DNA of 63,430 nt, filler included, from Octopus bimaculoides (Eukaryota): assembly GCF_001194135.2 (NCBI RefSeq). It is 7 parts of 6 records of this genome, joined end to end, with 100 filler letters (N's around TTAATTAATTAA, not from the genome) between each part and the next. Parts side by side here need not be neighbours in the genome. Positions count along the whole stretch, not along the records: positions 42,689 to 58,503 come from NC_068986.1; positions 58,604 to 61,097 come from NW_026409165.1; positions 61,198 to 63,430 come from NW_026436877.1; 4 more parts are not named here. One strand, given 5' to 3'. The stretch's first letter is position 1, and every line of letters begins with the position of its first letter. A program made the position numbers and the translations under genes. A model generated the notes under the pieces. That model ran no database searches, was not told the origin of the DNA, and saw only the letters and a program-made list of their open reading frames with translations. This document shows positions 49,414 to 62,520 of the stretch, piece by piece.

Positions 49414-49687
49414 TCTCTCTCTCTCTTATTGCATGAATGATAGTTTTCCTCTTTGTCTATCATTTGTCTTTAATTTGATGTTATTCTTTCAAAAGATATC
49501 TCATTCGGTTTTGTAGTCATTGATATGTCATTCGTTACAATCACTACTTTATGCTCTTCCTGAAGTAGCCAAATTAAATTACTAGCAAGCATTCTTTTTT
49601 TAATAATATGTGTAAATGACAGATGTATTCTCCGAAGCAGATAATGCGCTAGACGATGTTTCCAACCTGTGTTCAGAGAATGAACAA

Positions 49688-49743
<56 letters not shown>

Positions 49744-49747
49744 TAAA

Positions 49748-49783
<36 letters not shown>

Positions 49784-49837
49784 GATTATGATTATTATAA
49801 GAATCGTAATGGTAATAGTAATAATAACAACAACCAC

Positions 49838-50287
49838 AAATGAAATCCAAACTAAAACTGGAACAGGAACGGACCTTGATAAAACGATGGCAAGAAAAGC
49901 CCCTTCATGGCAAATACTGGGTTAAAATAAACGTAAAAGTAATAGACAGAGAAAAATCCCAAAAATGGTTGAGAAGCTCAGGACTCAAAGCAGAGACTGA
50001 AGGATTTTTAATTGCTGAACAAGACCAAAGCCTCCCCACCAGAAATTACCAAAAACATATAATGTAAAGAGATATAACAAGTAACTGCAGAATATGTGGA
50101 GATGGACAAGAAACAATAAATCATATTATCTCTGGCTGCCCAGTCCTGGCTAAGAAGGGCACGACAGAGCTGTGACTTACATAGACTAGAAGCTATGCCT
50201 ACACTATGGAAAAACAACAGGAAAAATATGGTATAGCCACATGCCAGAAAAGGGTCACAGAAAACGAGAAAGCAACCATACTCTGGG
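49838..50287 (+). mobile_element. R4/Dong-clade (restriction-like endonuclease) non-LTR retrotransposon fragment
   Basis: WQEKPLHGKY...SQKWLRSSGLKAETEGFLIAEQDQSLPTRNYQKHI...CRICGDGQETINHIISGCPVLA, including the CCHC knuckle. Confidence 0.88.
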
Positions 50288-50299
50288 TAATGCTAAAAC

Positions 50300-50800
50300 A
50301 CACAGATATTCCATTTCCTGTGAGTATTTTAAATTTCCCTAAGAATAAATTAAGAAACTTACATATCTACAGTTATCGAACACACAAGCGACCAGCTTTA
50401 AAAACTTTGATATCAACATCTTCTGTGAATACCTAGCCTTTCCTTTCTCCTTCAGTATTCGAAAATGTAAACATCCTTCTTATTCTAAGAACACTACAGT
50501 TTTCTCTGTGCGGACATAGAAAAGGCCATCTTTAGTAAATCTTACAAGCTTAATATCTACAACTTTCTGTGATAATTTTACTTTTCTTTCCTTTTTTTTC
50601 CCTTCTCTCAGAGTATTCGAAAATGTAAGCATCATTTTTATTGCAAAACCACTACTGTCTTCTCTAACTGATCATACACAGGAAACATCTGTAGAAAACT
50701 TAAAAACTGTAATATCTACAATTTTGTTTGAAAATTGTATTTTTCTTTTCTCACGAACTACCTGAATATGTAAACATACCTTTTATTGCAACAACACAAA
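50300..50800. repeat. Degenerate tandem repeat, unit about 145-158 bp
   Basis: GTATTCGAAAATGTAA at 50455 and 50613, variant GAATATGTAA at 50764; shared TAATATCTACAA motifs. Confidence 0.65.
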
Positions 50801-51316
50801 TGCATGAGAGAGGAAAAAACAAGGAGGCAAACACCACCTGCCAATATGTACAAACTGCACGATTACAAAAACTGTAGACCACGGCAAAACTTATAAAAAG
50901 AAAAGGAAGGAGAAAACATAAAATTCAGAAATTCAAAAATTCAACGATGTGAACATCAGTATACATATATTATTATTTTTTCTATCAGTAATTGAAAACA
51001 GAACAAGGTGAATTGCTTCTTTTCAATGCCAAAGTCACCACACTCATCGGTCGCTAGTACTAGTAAACACATTTGACCTCTGCTGACCCAAAGGGTGTGA
51101 GGTCTCTTTTGTCTCTTTATTGCACAGGAATTTCCATTGCTGACCTCCTCACCATCTGCCGAATCTATTTACAAACCTGTAGAATTTGGTCTATTCATCA
51201 AGCAGTTAGTCTTCTTTCTACTATTCCCTTCAACACTCACATATTTATGATTATATCTAGTACAAGACGAAAGTTGAAACTAAACATTTAATAATACCTT
51301 TTGATAATAAATGGAA

Positions 51317-51354
<38 letters not shown>

Positions 51355-52391
51355 GCTAGCCACCTACACTTTTCTCTGCAAAATAGGGGTAATTTATCCT
51401 GTTCAGGCTATATTATTAGCATTATTCTGCGATTGAGAAATTAAAATCACTTCTTTAACTTTCTAAAATGATAATAATAACGAATACGTGCAGTAGCTTG
51501 AAGAAAATGAATGGTAATTAAAAGATGTTTCTTTTTTCTATTAAAAACGAAGTGTAGGTTAAATTTAGTTTTAGTTTTCACGAGATATGTTCCAACTTTT
51601 TTCTCAATTTCAATCAAGACTCGAGTTTCTTAGATGGAGAAATTATTGTTGCGTTGTGGAGGGCATTACTGTCAACGATAATGAAATGCTGCTGCTAGCA
51701 TAGTTTCAAATAGTAACGAAGCTATAGAATAAGCCATAACATTGGAATCCCGAAGGCAGCTACGCACCACGCTGAAGTGTTGGTGGTGTCTAGGAAATAG
51801 AAATTTGATCTTATTATGCGGATGTATATGATCCACATTAAGAGAACTCATGAGGAGAAAACATTATCTCTTTAAAGACAAAGGAAACAAAACTAAAATA
51901 ATCATAGAAGTTAGGGCATCGATTTTCTCACGGAATTTCATGTTTGGGGGCATTTTTAAATATTATAAGAAAGCAGTTATATTTTTTGTTTGTTTCTTTC
52001 TATTCGTGTCTCGATTTGTATATTATGTTGATCACCGAAAGCCATTTCATGCTTACAAGACAGTATGGTGCGCTTACTGCTGACTCAGCGACAATAAGTT
52101 TGAAACTTGCTGGCAAAGTAAGTCATAAGAAGTGCTTGCTGAAATACTGTCTCCTTCTTTACAATGTATAATTTATCATATTTATTTTTTAATATTTTGT
52201 CTGATTTTCCTTTTCATTGTGGATGAAATATTACTGATATGCATTAATCTGCTCCAAATATGTTATGTCGACAAATGTTGAATATCTAAGTACGTAATAT
52301 CATATTTAACTGTTTACGAAGAATGTTCTGGCATTACGACTGAGATTATATCGCTCTAAGTAATTGCATTGAATGCATATACATACCCAAA

Positions 52392-52474
<83 letters not shown>

Positions 52475-52634
52475 ACTATATATGGATGTATGTATATATA
52501 TGTATATATGTGTGTATATATATATAACATATATACATATATATGTATATACATGCACATATATATATCCATATATATATATACATGTTTGCATATCTGT
52601 AGTTACCTATATATGTGTGTGTGTGTATGTGTAT

Positions 52635-52713
<79 letters not shown>

Positions 52714-53217
52714 TGTGTGTTTGTGTGTGTACACTTACATTTCAACATAAGGTGCCTGCTGTGTCCAAACAGCGTTTGAACATTGATTCTTTGTCGTTTA
52801 TCTATCCTGAACACCTGAACAAACGTTCCTTTTGATTTTTACGAGAATGTTCCAGTAAAGATTACGACGATGCATTGTTTAAGATTCTATTTACCGTTGG
52901 AGGAAGAAAAAAAAATCATGAATATAACTCGAACACGATATTATTACATAGACATGTATATTTTTGCTTTACCATTGTTGTGCAACTCCGTCTTTTGTGT
53001 TCGTTTGTTTGGCGAGTGTCTACATATACGAACTGAAATTGGTAATGAATGAAAGTATAAAAGTTTGACTGAATCAAAGAATAAATGAATGACGGAATGA
53101 ATTTCCAATGAGTGTCTCTTAATGATTTCTCTTCCCTCCGTATATACATACATTATACGATATGTCTGTGCGTGCGTGTGTTTCTGTGTGTATGCATACA
53201 TATTTTTGAATTGTATA

Positions 53218-53248
<31 letters not shown>

Positions 53249-53301
53249 GATGTTATACATACATATTTATATATATATATGATATTATACATATATATTT
53301 T

Positions 53302-53387
<86 letters not shown>

Positions 53388-53992
53388 TATACATGCATGT
53401 ATGTGTGTGTGTGTACCATAGTATATCTGGTCTTTTTGGTATGTTCCAAATATCTATCCTATTATTCAGCTGTCTCTTTAGCTACATAAGTCATTTTTCT
53501 ATTCACTTATTCTCTCTCACACCATTTCTGCCTTTCTTCGTTTTATCTCTTTCTCCTCCCCCTCTCTCTCCCTCTCCCCTTTCTCTCTCGTTCTCTCTTC
53601 TCATCTCCTTTCTTCTATTTGACGTTCTTGTTACTCTACTTATCAGCATTGTTTGATCACGTAACACCAAAATCTATTTAATATCGTATTCATGCAGCGT
53701 GCGCGCGTGTGTCTGCGTGTCTCTTTGCGCATATCTATGCATCTATGTATGTATGTATATGAATATGAATATGTATAGGCATGTATGGTTTTATAGACAT
53801 TATATATACATACATATATACATTCATATGTGTGTCTATGCGCATATATTATACATGCATATACATTTTTATTTGTAGGTATTGTTATATATACATTACT
53901 CGTCAAGTATATATTTGTATGTGTGTATGTATGTACGTATGCATATATGTTTGTATGCATATATATATATATGCATTCATGTAAGTTAGTAT

Positions 53993-54051
<59 letters not shown>

Positions 54052-54504
54052 NNNNNNNNNNNNNNNNNNNNNNNNNNNNNNNNNNNNNNNNNNNNNNNNN
54101 NNNNNNNNNNNNNNNNNNNNNNNNNNNNNNNNNNNNNNNNNNNNNNNNNNNNNNNNNNNNNNNNNNNNNNNNNNNNNNNNNNNNNNNNNNNNNNNNNNNN
54201 NNNNNNNNNNNNNNNNNNNNNNNNNNNNNNNNNNNNNNNNNNNNNNNNNNNNNNNNNNNNNNNNNNNNNNNNNNNNNNNNNNNNNNNNNNNNNNNNNNNN
54301 NNNNNNNNNNNNNNNNNNNNNNNNNNNNNNNNNNNNNNNNNNNNNNNNNNNNNNNNNNNNNNNNNNNNNNNNNNNNNNNNNNNNNNNNNNNNNNNNNNNN
54401 NNNNNNNNNNNNNNNNNNNNNNNNNNNNNNNNNNNNNNNNNNNNNNNNNNNNNNNNNNNNNNNNNNNNNNNNNNNNNNNNNNNNNNNNNNNNNNNNNNNN
54501 NNNN

Positions 54505-54556
<52 letters not shown>

Positions 54557-54759
54557 CGTTTGCGTATGTGTTAATGTTAGTTTTATGTTAAATTATATAT
54601 AAAGTATTTTAACGTTAAACAGAAGAATTAGTTTATACTTCTTACTAGAGTACATGTTTATTAAGCATTTAAAATTACAGGGTTGACAGTGACTTCGAAG
54701 TGTGCGCTTGCTAGCCTTCGTCAGACTGCTCTAAGCTACAAACGCTATCTGGAGAAGGG

Positions 54760-55860
54760 TAAAATACGCTATTGAGGAAAGAGTCGAATAATATCTTGCT
54801 TCATAAGAATAGTGTTAAACAAGATTTAAGAAATTGTCACCGAATATACGTTTTGTCATACCTTTATACGCTGTTCAAAAATATCATATTAAGCAGATTA
54901 CCGAAAGATATATACGAACATGAGCCGAAAGTCTAATCAGAAATCCCTAAGAACTATAGTACTACGGATCACATATGCTCAGTAAGACAGCTTGTACTAC
55001 GAAAATACCATCGAAAAATGTCAAGATGAAGTCAGTACCGAAATCACTGGAAATGTGCAATACGTCGAGGCGCAATACACCAATCTGCTCAGGGATGCAT
55101 ACTTAGTGTTGAAAGCTGATGTAACTCTACTGTCACCACCCTTAAAATTTCCATTTGGAAAGGCTTTCGTTGAAGGAGATACAATCTCTACAAATCTGTC
55201 TGGCGCATATTTATAAATGATAATGAAAGTCGTTGAGTGTCTATTGGTGTGAACACCAACAATAAGCTAGTAACACAACTGCGATTCGGAGATGACATCA
55301 TACTCATGGCCGAAACAAATGGCATGCGCAGATCGTCTTGAACTCTATGTGGATCGGGCTAAACACCCATAGCTCAGCAGGTGACATGAAAATGAAGCCC
55401 CGAAGGTTATGAAATTGCAGAGGAAATGGTTACATCTTGTGAACACAGTGAATATGCGCTTGGACATTGACGCTGCACTCTCACGGGTAATATGTGCAGG
55501 ATGAAGCAAACTTGGACAAGACCCTACGTCAGTTTCTTCAATGGTACTCTCCTAATTGCGCGCTTATACGTAAGCGGAATATGGGCTTCTACGAAGTGGC
55601 TAAAATTCAAGGAGTGGTATAAAATCCCATGCTAGAAATACTATTACAGGAATATATCTAACGTGAGGTAGTCCGAGAATGGAGCTGGCTGAATGACGGG
55701 ATCAGAGAATAGCAAAAATCACAGGTTTGGCTGGGCCGGAAAAGTTGTAAGGATTGCAGAAAATACTTGGACACGGGCATTTTCCAAGTTGTATCTAAGA
55801 GATCGGAAAATGAGGATATATCACTTGAGAAGACTCCACGAAATTAGAAAAGCACTTCTA
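54760..55860 (+). mobile_element. Decayed RTE-clade LINE RT region
   Basis: ILLHKNSVKQDLRNCHRIYVLSYLYTLF, STTDHI, EGDTIS, LRFGDDIILMAET and GWAGKVVRIAENTWT match RTE RT motifs. Many disablements. Confidence 0.8.
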
Positions 55861-56087
55861 TGAAACGATTTAGGCTGGATGGAAAAGAAAGGCACACTCT
55901 ACAAAGAACTGCAAGCCCATTGTCACCAGCGGTGTGTAATTGTCTATCCAATTGTCTGCTCGCTACTGGTNNNNNNNNNNNNNNNNNNNNNNNNNNNNNN
56001 NNNNNNNNNNNNNNNNNNNNNNNNNNNNNNNNNNNNNNNNNNNNNNNNNNNNNNNNNNNNNNNNNNNNNNNNNNNNCAACAGACGAG

Positions 56088-57600
56088 GACAGGTGGTGTA
56101 AATAACAAAAGGATGTATTAGTATGACGCTCGGGAATACGGAAAGTCTTTGACGTTTCGAGCTACGCTCTTCAACAGAAAGAATACTGAGAGAAGGAGAA
56201 AAACACGGAGAAAAAAAATTGAATAGTGTTCAGTCAACGGTCAATCATAATAATGGCTGATCATAACAATGGCTGACCGAAAGTTAGAAATTCTTTTTTC
56301 AGGAGAGCTAAGAAAAGGGGGAGATAGATGGTAGGTGAAGGAAAGTAAAGGTAAAAAAAAGATGATAAAGGAGGTTTACAAAAGTGGAAAAGTTCATATA
56401 TATATATCAGATGCAGCATATATATTTGGGAGATAAGAAAGGGATAGTCAATTAATAAAAAAAAAAAAAAAAAACAAGTAAAGAGAAGCATTAGAAAATA
56501 GCTGGACATGCTGTTCTCATGGAAAGTAGTTAGGAAAGGACAAGGAACAGGTGAGTAAAGGCATTTATAAAGAGCAGTTTTGCCTGGAAATAAGCATAAC
56601 GTAAGATGATCTTTGTGTGTTATTTTAGCGAATATATGAACATATATATATATTTAGAGTAAGTATGGAGGCGTTGGTTAGTGGGGTGTTCGGTGTTAGT
56701 CTGTGAGTATCTTTAATCTTTAAGGGAGGGGTGTAAAGTTGAGTAAGTTGGAAAGATGTGAGAGAATAGATATATTGGTGAAGGACTCTGAAAACTTGAA
56801 CTTGAAATTAAATATTTCAAATTAAGCCTATTATTTCACATAATTCGGCTCTATCAGAAACACCTGAAGAGGTTCTCTAAGACATTCCACCTCAAAACAA
56901 AAGAGTAGACGTCTGTTATGTTTAATTATGTTCATATCAATAATTCTAATTGTCAAGAATCTACTCCTGAAAACTAAACTTTATTGTAAAAGCGATTTGG
57001 TTATGCTAGATAAAATTCTATATGATTGCAAATTTACATCTACGTTTCTAATTGATATCATTAAACAACTTAATGAGGGTGGTGATATTATTCTAAATGG
57101 ATAGACTATCGATTTGCTTTATGCTACAGTTAATCGAATCAAAGATGGTTTTGCTAATTTTACCTAATTCACATTTAGCTGAGTTTAAATGTCAGTAAGG
57201 TGGGAGAGGATGCTGCCAGAGAATTATTTTTGTACATGCTACAAATCGCAGGAGATTAATCTATTTTGATGTTATCCTCTATTTTGAGGACAATATCTAC
57301 TAATTGGGTTTCTTTGTTAAGTAAATTGCAAGTGCCGGGTTTGTTTTCTCATAAGTTATCAGGATAATGCTTAAGAGAAATCTTATATAGTTAGAAAAAT
57401 CTCACACATGTATACTCTTTTTTTGTTAAGATGATATTCTATGATAGATTCTTGTTAATACAAATTGTATTCTGATCCACATTTCAATGAATTGCTAAAT
57501 TCATAGCTCTTTCGCAGGACTTGGGTTATTTCTGCCCAGTATATCAGCGTGAATTGTGTTATTGGCTTCTAATTCTGTCTTTCCGCATATTGCTCTATAT
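56088..57600 (-). mobile_element. Internally deleted Neptune-type PLE (RT N-terminal part plus 3' terminal region with hammerhead)
   Basis: SAKCELGKISKTIFDSIN...KFA and GVSDRAELCEIIGL resemble the recalled consensus PAKSELGKISK and GSYDGAEICELVGL. Linkage to the 56088-56800 end is inferred from orientation and adjacency. Confidence 0.7.
56146..56182 (-). ncRNA. Minimal type I hammerhead-like motif with CUGU core variant
   Basis: UCUUU-CUGUUGA-A-GAGC-GUA-GCUC-GAAAC-GUC-AAAGA. Perfect 5-bp stem I, perfect 4-bp stem II, palindromic ACGU at stem III, GUC triplet. Confidence 0.65.
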
Positions 57601-57759
57601 TTAAAAACAGTTAATAGAAACACAGCATTATTCTACACAACATTCTACAAGAACAATTAAAGATGGAATCCGTACTTTCAATATAGCCTCAACGCAGAAT
57701 TACACACATAAACTCACATACTTGTACAGTAATAGAATATAAAAAATAAATAAATGCGC

Positions 57760-58000
57760 CCTTTTAAAGCCTAGCCAGGCTCATGGGTCCGGTTTCCCGG
57801 TTTCAATGGCGTATGTGTTTTCCAGCTGGACGAGACGCCAGGTCATCGCAGCGTTACTCATTTTTGCCAACTGAGTGAACTGGAGCAACGTGAAATGAAG
57901 CGTTTTGCTCAAGAACACAACGCGTCGCCTGGTCCAGGAATGGAAACCACAATCTTACGATCATGATGCTGACACCCTAACCTCTAAGCCACGCGCCTCC
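57760..58000 (-). mobile_element. SINE family D variant
   Basis: CTCATTTTTGCCAACTGAGTGAACTGGAGCAACGTGAAATGAAGCGTTTTGCTCAAGAACACAACGCG. The tail portion also occurs at 39910-40040. Confidence 0.75.
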
Positions 58001-58427
58001 ACATAGAATATATAAATATGCAATAAACACATATATGATTATAAATGTATATATATATATATATGTGTGTGTGTGTATGTATGTATGTATGTATGTATGT
58101 ATGTGTAACATGCACGAAAAATTAATATGTGGATGATAATGTATTAATCAATCGGCTAAAACAATTTGTCTACACCGACAAAGAAGCTTTGACTAATATC
58201 ACTAAATTACATTCCAGCAGCACTTGATATTGTACTGGTATATGAGGGTCTAGACATTGAGAATAGATTTCAGAACATTACAATTCCGAACAAAAGATGA
58301 TGATATGACGAAACAGGAACGAATTATGAAAAGTTATAAAACTCCGACACGGTTGTGTTTTCAACAGGTTTATGACATGTGTGTAATGTGTGTTTATGTG
58401 TGTACGAGAGAGCATGCGTGTATGCAT

Positions 58428-58460
<33 letters not shown>

Positions 58461-58503
58461 CGGAAAATGAAAGAAGGTCGTCGTGTATATATATATATAT
58501 ATA

Positions 58504-58603
58504 NNNNNNNNNNNNNNNNNNNNNNNNNNNNNNNNNNNNNNNNNNNNTTAATTAATTAANNNNNNNNNNNNNNNNNNNNNNNNNNNNNNNNNNNNNNNNN
58601 NNN
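58504..58603. other. Artificial scaffold-join spacer
   Basis: 44 N + TTAATTAATTAA (58548-58559) + 44 N. Confidence 0.95.
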
Positions 58604-58679
58604 AATAAGACTACTGAACAATAATAATTATAATAATAATAATAATAATGATAATAGTGATAATAATGATAACAATAAT

Positions 58680-59300
58680 AGGAAAGAAGAGATGAATTAA
58701 ATGAGTACGAATGCAAGTTCGTCGTATGAAGAAGGGGAGAGAAAGAGAGAGAAAGAGTAAAAGATAGATAGATAGAGAGAGAAAGAGTAAAAGAGAGATA
58801 GATAGATAGAGAGAGAGAGAGTAAAAGAGAGATATGAAGGGAGTTAACGTAAGAGGATGAGTGGAGAGAAAGAATCACAGAAACAAGAGAGAAGAGAGAG
58901 GGGGAACAGAGGGTAAAGAAAGCGAGAAAGAGATTGACGGAGGGAGAGAGAGATGGAGGAGGAGGAGAAGCTGAGGGAGGAGGAAGGATAGGAGGAGTGG
59001 GACGGTGGAGGAAGAAGGGAGAGAGGAGAGGGGGAGAGAGAGAGGATGAGATGGAGGGAAGAGAAGGAAGGGGAAAGGGAGAGAGGATGAGATGGAGGGA
59101 GGAGAAGGAAGGAGGGGAGAGAGGGAAAGAGACAGGAGGAGAGGACATGAGAGAGTAATTATGGGAATGCATCATACAGAGAGAGGTGGAGAGAGTGAGA
59201 GGGAGTGAAAGATTGATACAGAGCGACTTGAGGTAAGAGGTGCAGAATGAGTGGAGAGAAAGACACAGAGGAGGAGGAGAGGGACGGTGGAAAGGGAGGG
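58680..59300. repeat. Purine-rich low-complexity (GA/GGA) tract
   Basis: Read directly. Source of the S/P/L-rich ORF 58552-59313. Confidence 0.9.
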
Positions 59301-59578
59301 AATATTTATGCAAATGAGAAATTGGTTTTTATTTAATTATATTTTTAAGGTAATAAATATTTTTTCTTCGGAAATTAGTATTCATTTCACCATTTTATAG
59401 AAGCACCGAGGAATTTGACAAAAAAAGTTAAATTTCGTTTTTGTATTAGGTTTGCATTTATTGTAAGTATGGCATATTCTTTGATATTTTCCAAAGGGGC
59501 CAAAAGCTAACCGTAATTTAATGCTTAACACCCTTGGATATATATATGTGTGTGTGTGTGTGTGTGCATGTATGTATG

Positions 59579-59618
<40 letters not shown>

Positions 59619-60411
59619 TGTNNNNNNNNNNNNNNNNNNNNNNNNNNNNNNNNNNNNNNNNNNNNNNNNNNNNNNNNNNNNNNNNNNNNNNNNNNNNNNN
59701 NNNNNNNNNNNNNNNNNNNNNNNNNNNNNNNNNNNNNNNNNNNNNNNNNNNNNNNNNNNNNNNNNNNNNNNNNNNNNNNNNNNNNNNNNNNNNNNNNNNN
59801 NNNNNNNNNNNNNNNNNNNNNNNNNNNNNNNNNNNNNNNNNNNNNNNNNNNNNNNNNNNNNNNNNNNNNNNNNNNNNNNNNNNNNNNNNNNNNNNNNNNN
59901 NNNNNNNNNNNNNNNNNNNNNNNNNNNNNNNNNNNNNNNNNNNNNNNNNNNNNNNNNNNNNNNNNNNNNNNNNNNNNNNNNNNNNNNNNNNNNNNNNNNN
60001 NNNNNNNNNNNNNNNNNNNNNNNNNNNNNNNNNNNNNNNNNNNNNNNNNNNNNNNNNNNNNNNNNNNNNNNNNNNNNNNNNNNNNNNNNNNNNNNNNNNN
60101 NNNNNNNNNNNNNNNNNNNNNNNNNNNNNNNNNNNNNNNNNNNNNNNNNNNNNNNNNNNNNNNNNNNNNNNNNNNNNNNNNNNNNNNNNNNNNNNNNNNN
60201 NNNNNNNNNNNNNNNNNNNNNNNNNNNNNNNNNNNNNNNNNNNNNNNNNNNNNNNNNNNNNNNNNNNNNNNNNNNNNNNNNNNNNNNNNNNNNNNNNNNN
60301 NNNNNNNNNNNNNNNNNNNNATTTGCTCGACTAAAGGCGGTGCTCCAGCATGGCCGCAGTCAAATGACTGAAACAAGTAAAAGAAAAAAGAGTAATATAT
60401 ATATATATATT

Positions 60412-60555
60412 ATAAGGTTTTTAAACTTTTAAATTTTAAATTTTCATATTCAAAAGAGACAGAAATGTTAACATAGAGTGGTGAATAAATCGATATATCG
60501 AATTTGAAGTCTCTGTCTCTTTTGAATATGAAAATTTAAAAGTTAAAAACCTTAT
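60412..60555. repeat. Foldback with about 44-52-bp arms
   Basis: ATAAGGTTTTTAAACTTTT...AAATTTTCATATTCAAAAGAGACAGA versus TCTGTCTCTTTTGAATATGAAAATTT...AAAAACCTTAT. Confidence 0.85.
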
Positions 60556-61059
60556 GATATAAATATAAACTGTGAGAACGACCCTTAAGGAATCTAGTTA
60601 ATGATCCCCTAAGGTAAGTACTTATGCTATATTGGTAACGGTTGCAACATCCTCTGGAAAAATTATTATATATATATATATATATATATATAAAGTGATG
60701 GTTTGTTGTCAACTTAATGTAACAGTCCCATGAAAGAAGAATGCTACTGCTATTAGCCCTAGGAAAAGCCGTTTCCCTTAGGCCTTGACACATTTCCTGT
60801 GTCCTTATGTTTTCCAAGGGGAGATAAGCACCTCCACCCACCAAAGCCAGCATCCAGAGACTAGTTTCAGATAATGAGGCGACTTGATGTACAGTTGCTT
60901 ATTTAGATTATATTCATCTAACTTCGAGCTGTGCGGATAATACCGGTCTGACTTGGTGCTTCAGCTTAAGTACTTAATATAACTGAATTTCAATTATATG
61001 TGTGTGTGTGTGTGTGTGTGGCTCAGCATGGCCACAGTCTAAAGACTAAAACAAGTAAA

Positions 61060-61097
<38 letters not shown>

Positions 61098-61197
61098 NNN
61101 NNNNNNNNNNNNNNNNNNNNNNNNNNNNNNNNNNNNNNNNNTTAATTAATTAANNNNNNNNNNNNNNNNNNNNNNNNNNNNNNNNNNNNNNNNNNNN
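61098..61197. other. Artificial scaffold-join spacer
   Basis: 44 N + TTAATTAATTAA (61142-61153) + 44 N. Confidence 0.95.
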
Positions 61198-61242
<45 letters not shown>

Positions 61243-61779
61243 TGTGCGTGTGTGTGTGTATGTGTGTGCTTATGCATTAGGAATTTCATAACGGCGACAG
61301 AGTGATTTATAAAAGTTGTGTGAAATAATTTATTTGAAAGCATGCTTTTCTGTCAGTAGTTTTTTCTTACACACACACACACTCACTCGCTTGGTGCTGG
61401 TCGGTGTTAATGATTTAGATTATAACTTTTCTGTTGTTGTTCACAGCCCAGTGATAGACCATCCCTGGGCTAAACAAAATCGTTAGTTCCGCATCATCAT
61501 TCCATAAAATGTGTTTATGGGGGAGAAAATATTGAAAAACATGAATACATGACAGGCTGACAAAGAAACGAGGAAGATACCAGGTGGTCGTGGGATGTTC
61601 TAAGAAACAACAGCTGAATCTTTTTCTTCATAAAAAGGTTCTCCCTACCATTTGCAAGGGTGTCGGGAAAAAAGAAAGTTTGAATCTGTGGTGTGTGGGT
61701 AAACGGGAAGGTGTCTTCCGGTCGAGCCTGTTGTTATTGTTGTTGTATGTTTTAACTCCTTGCAGTCACGTTGTTAGTG

Positions 61780-62520
61780 TAGTTGGCTCATCAGCGTAAG
61801 GTCGCGAGTTCGATAAGCGGCTGCGTGTCGTGTTCTTGAGCAAGACCGTTTATTTCATGCTGCTTCAGCTCAATCAGCTGGCGAAAATGAATTGTAGCTG
61901 TATTTAAGAGGACCAGCCTTGTCTCACTCTGTATCATGCTGTAGCTCCCTAAGAACTACGTTAAGGGCATGCATATCTGTGGAGTACTCAGCCATTTACA
62001 GGTTAATTTCATGAGCAGGCTGATCTGTTGATCGGATCAGCTGTAACTCCTGTCGTCATAACCGACAGAATGCCAATATCCTTGAGCAAGAGACTTCATT
62101 CCGCTTTGCTCCACTCCACTCAGCTGGCATAAACGAGTTGGATCTATAATTCAAAAGGGCCGGCCTTGTCACATTTTGTGCCATACTGAACCTCCTTGAG
62201 AACTATGTTAAGGGTTCATGTTTCTGTGGAGTACTCAGCCACTTGCACGTTAATTTCATGAGAGACTCTTCCGTTGGTCGGATTAACTGAATGCTTCGTC
62301 GTCGTAACCGGCAGAGCGCAAGTTTATTTTATGTTTAACCCCAGGCTCATCTCAAAGGCAACAGGAGCGTTGCATCAAAGACATTCCATCTGCACCCTTC
62401 CCGTGCACCCAGAATCCTATAATCCTCTAGTGACCAATTCTAAGATCACTCGGGTGTGATTTGTGGGAGATTTCACAGCTATTTCTTGCAGGTCAGGCCG
62501 TGACATAGAAACTACACGCA
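61780..62520 (+). mobile_element. Two tandem SINE family D copies
   Basis: CTTGAGCAAGAC...GCTGGC...ACCAGCCTTGTC...AACTA(C/T)GTTAAGGG...GTGGAGTACTCAGCCA occurs twice (about 61835 and about 62080). Confidence 0.75.

Noticed and set aside
52064-52117. 54-nt segment YGALTADSATISLKLAGK ending at a strong GTAAGT donor
   Set aside because: The acceptor lacks a polypyrimidine tract and no partner exon or homology supports it.
58552-59313. 253-aa S/P/L-rich ORF
   Set aside because: Antisense reading of a GA-rich low-complexity tract, ending in a gap.
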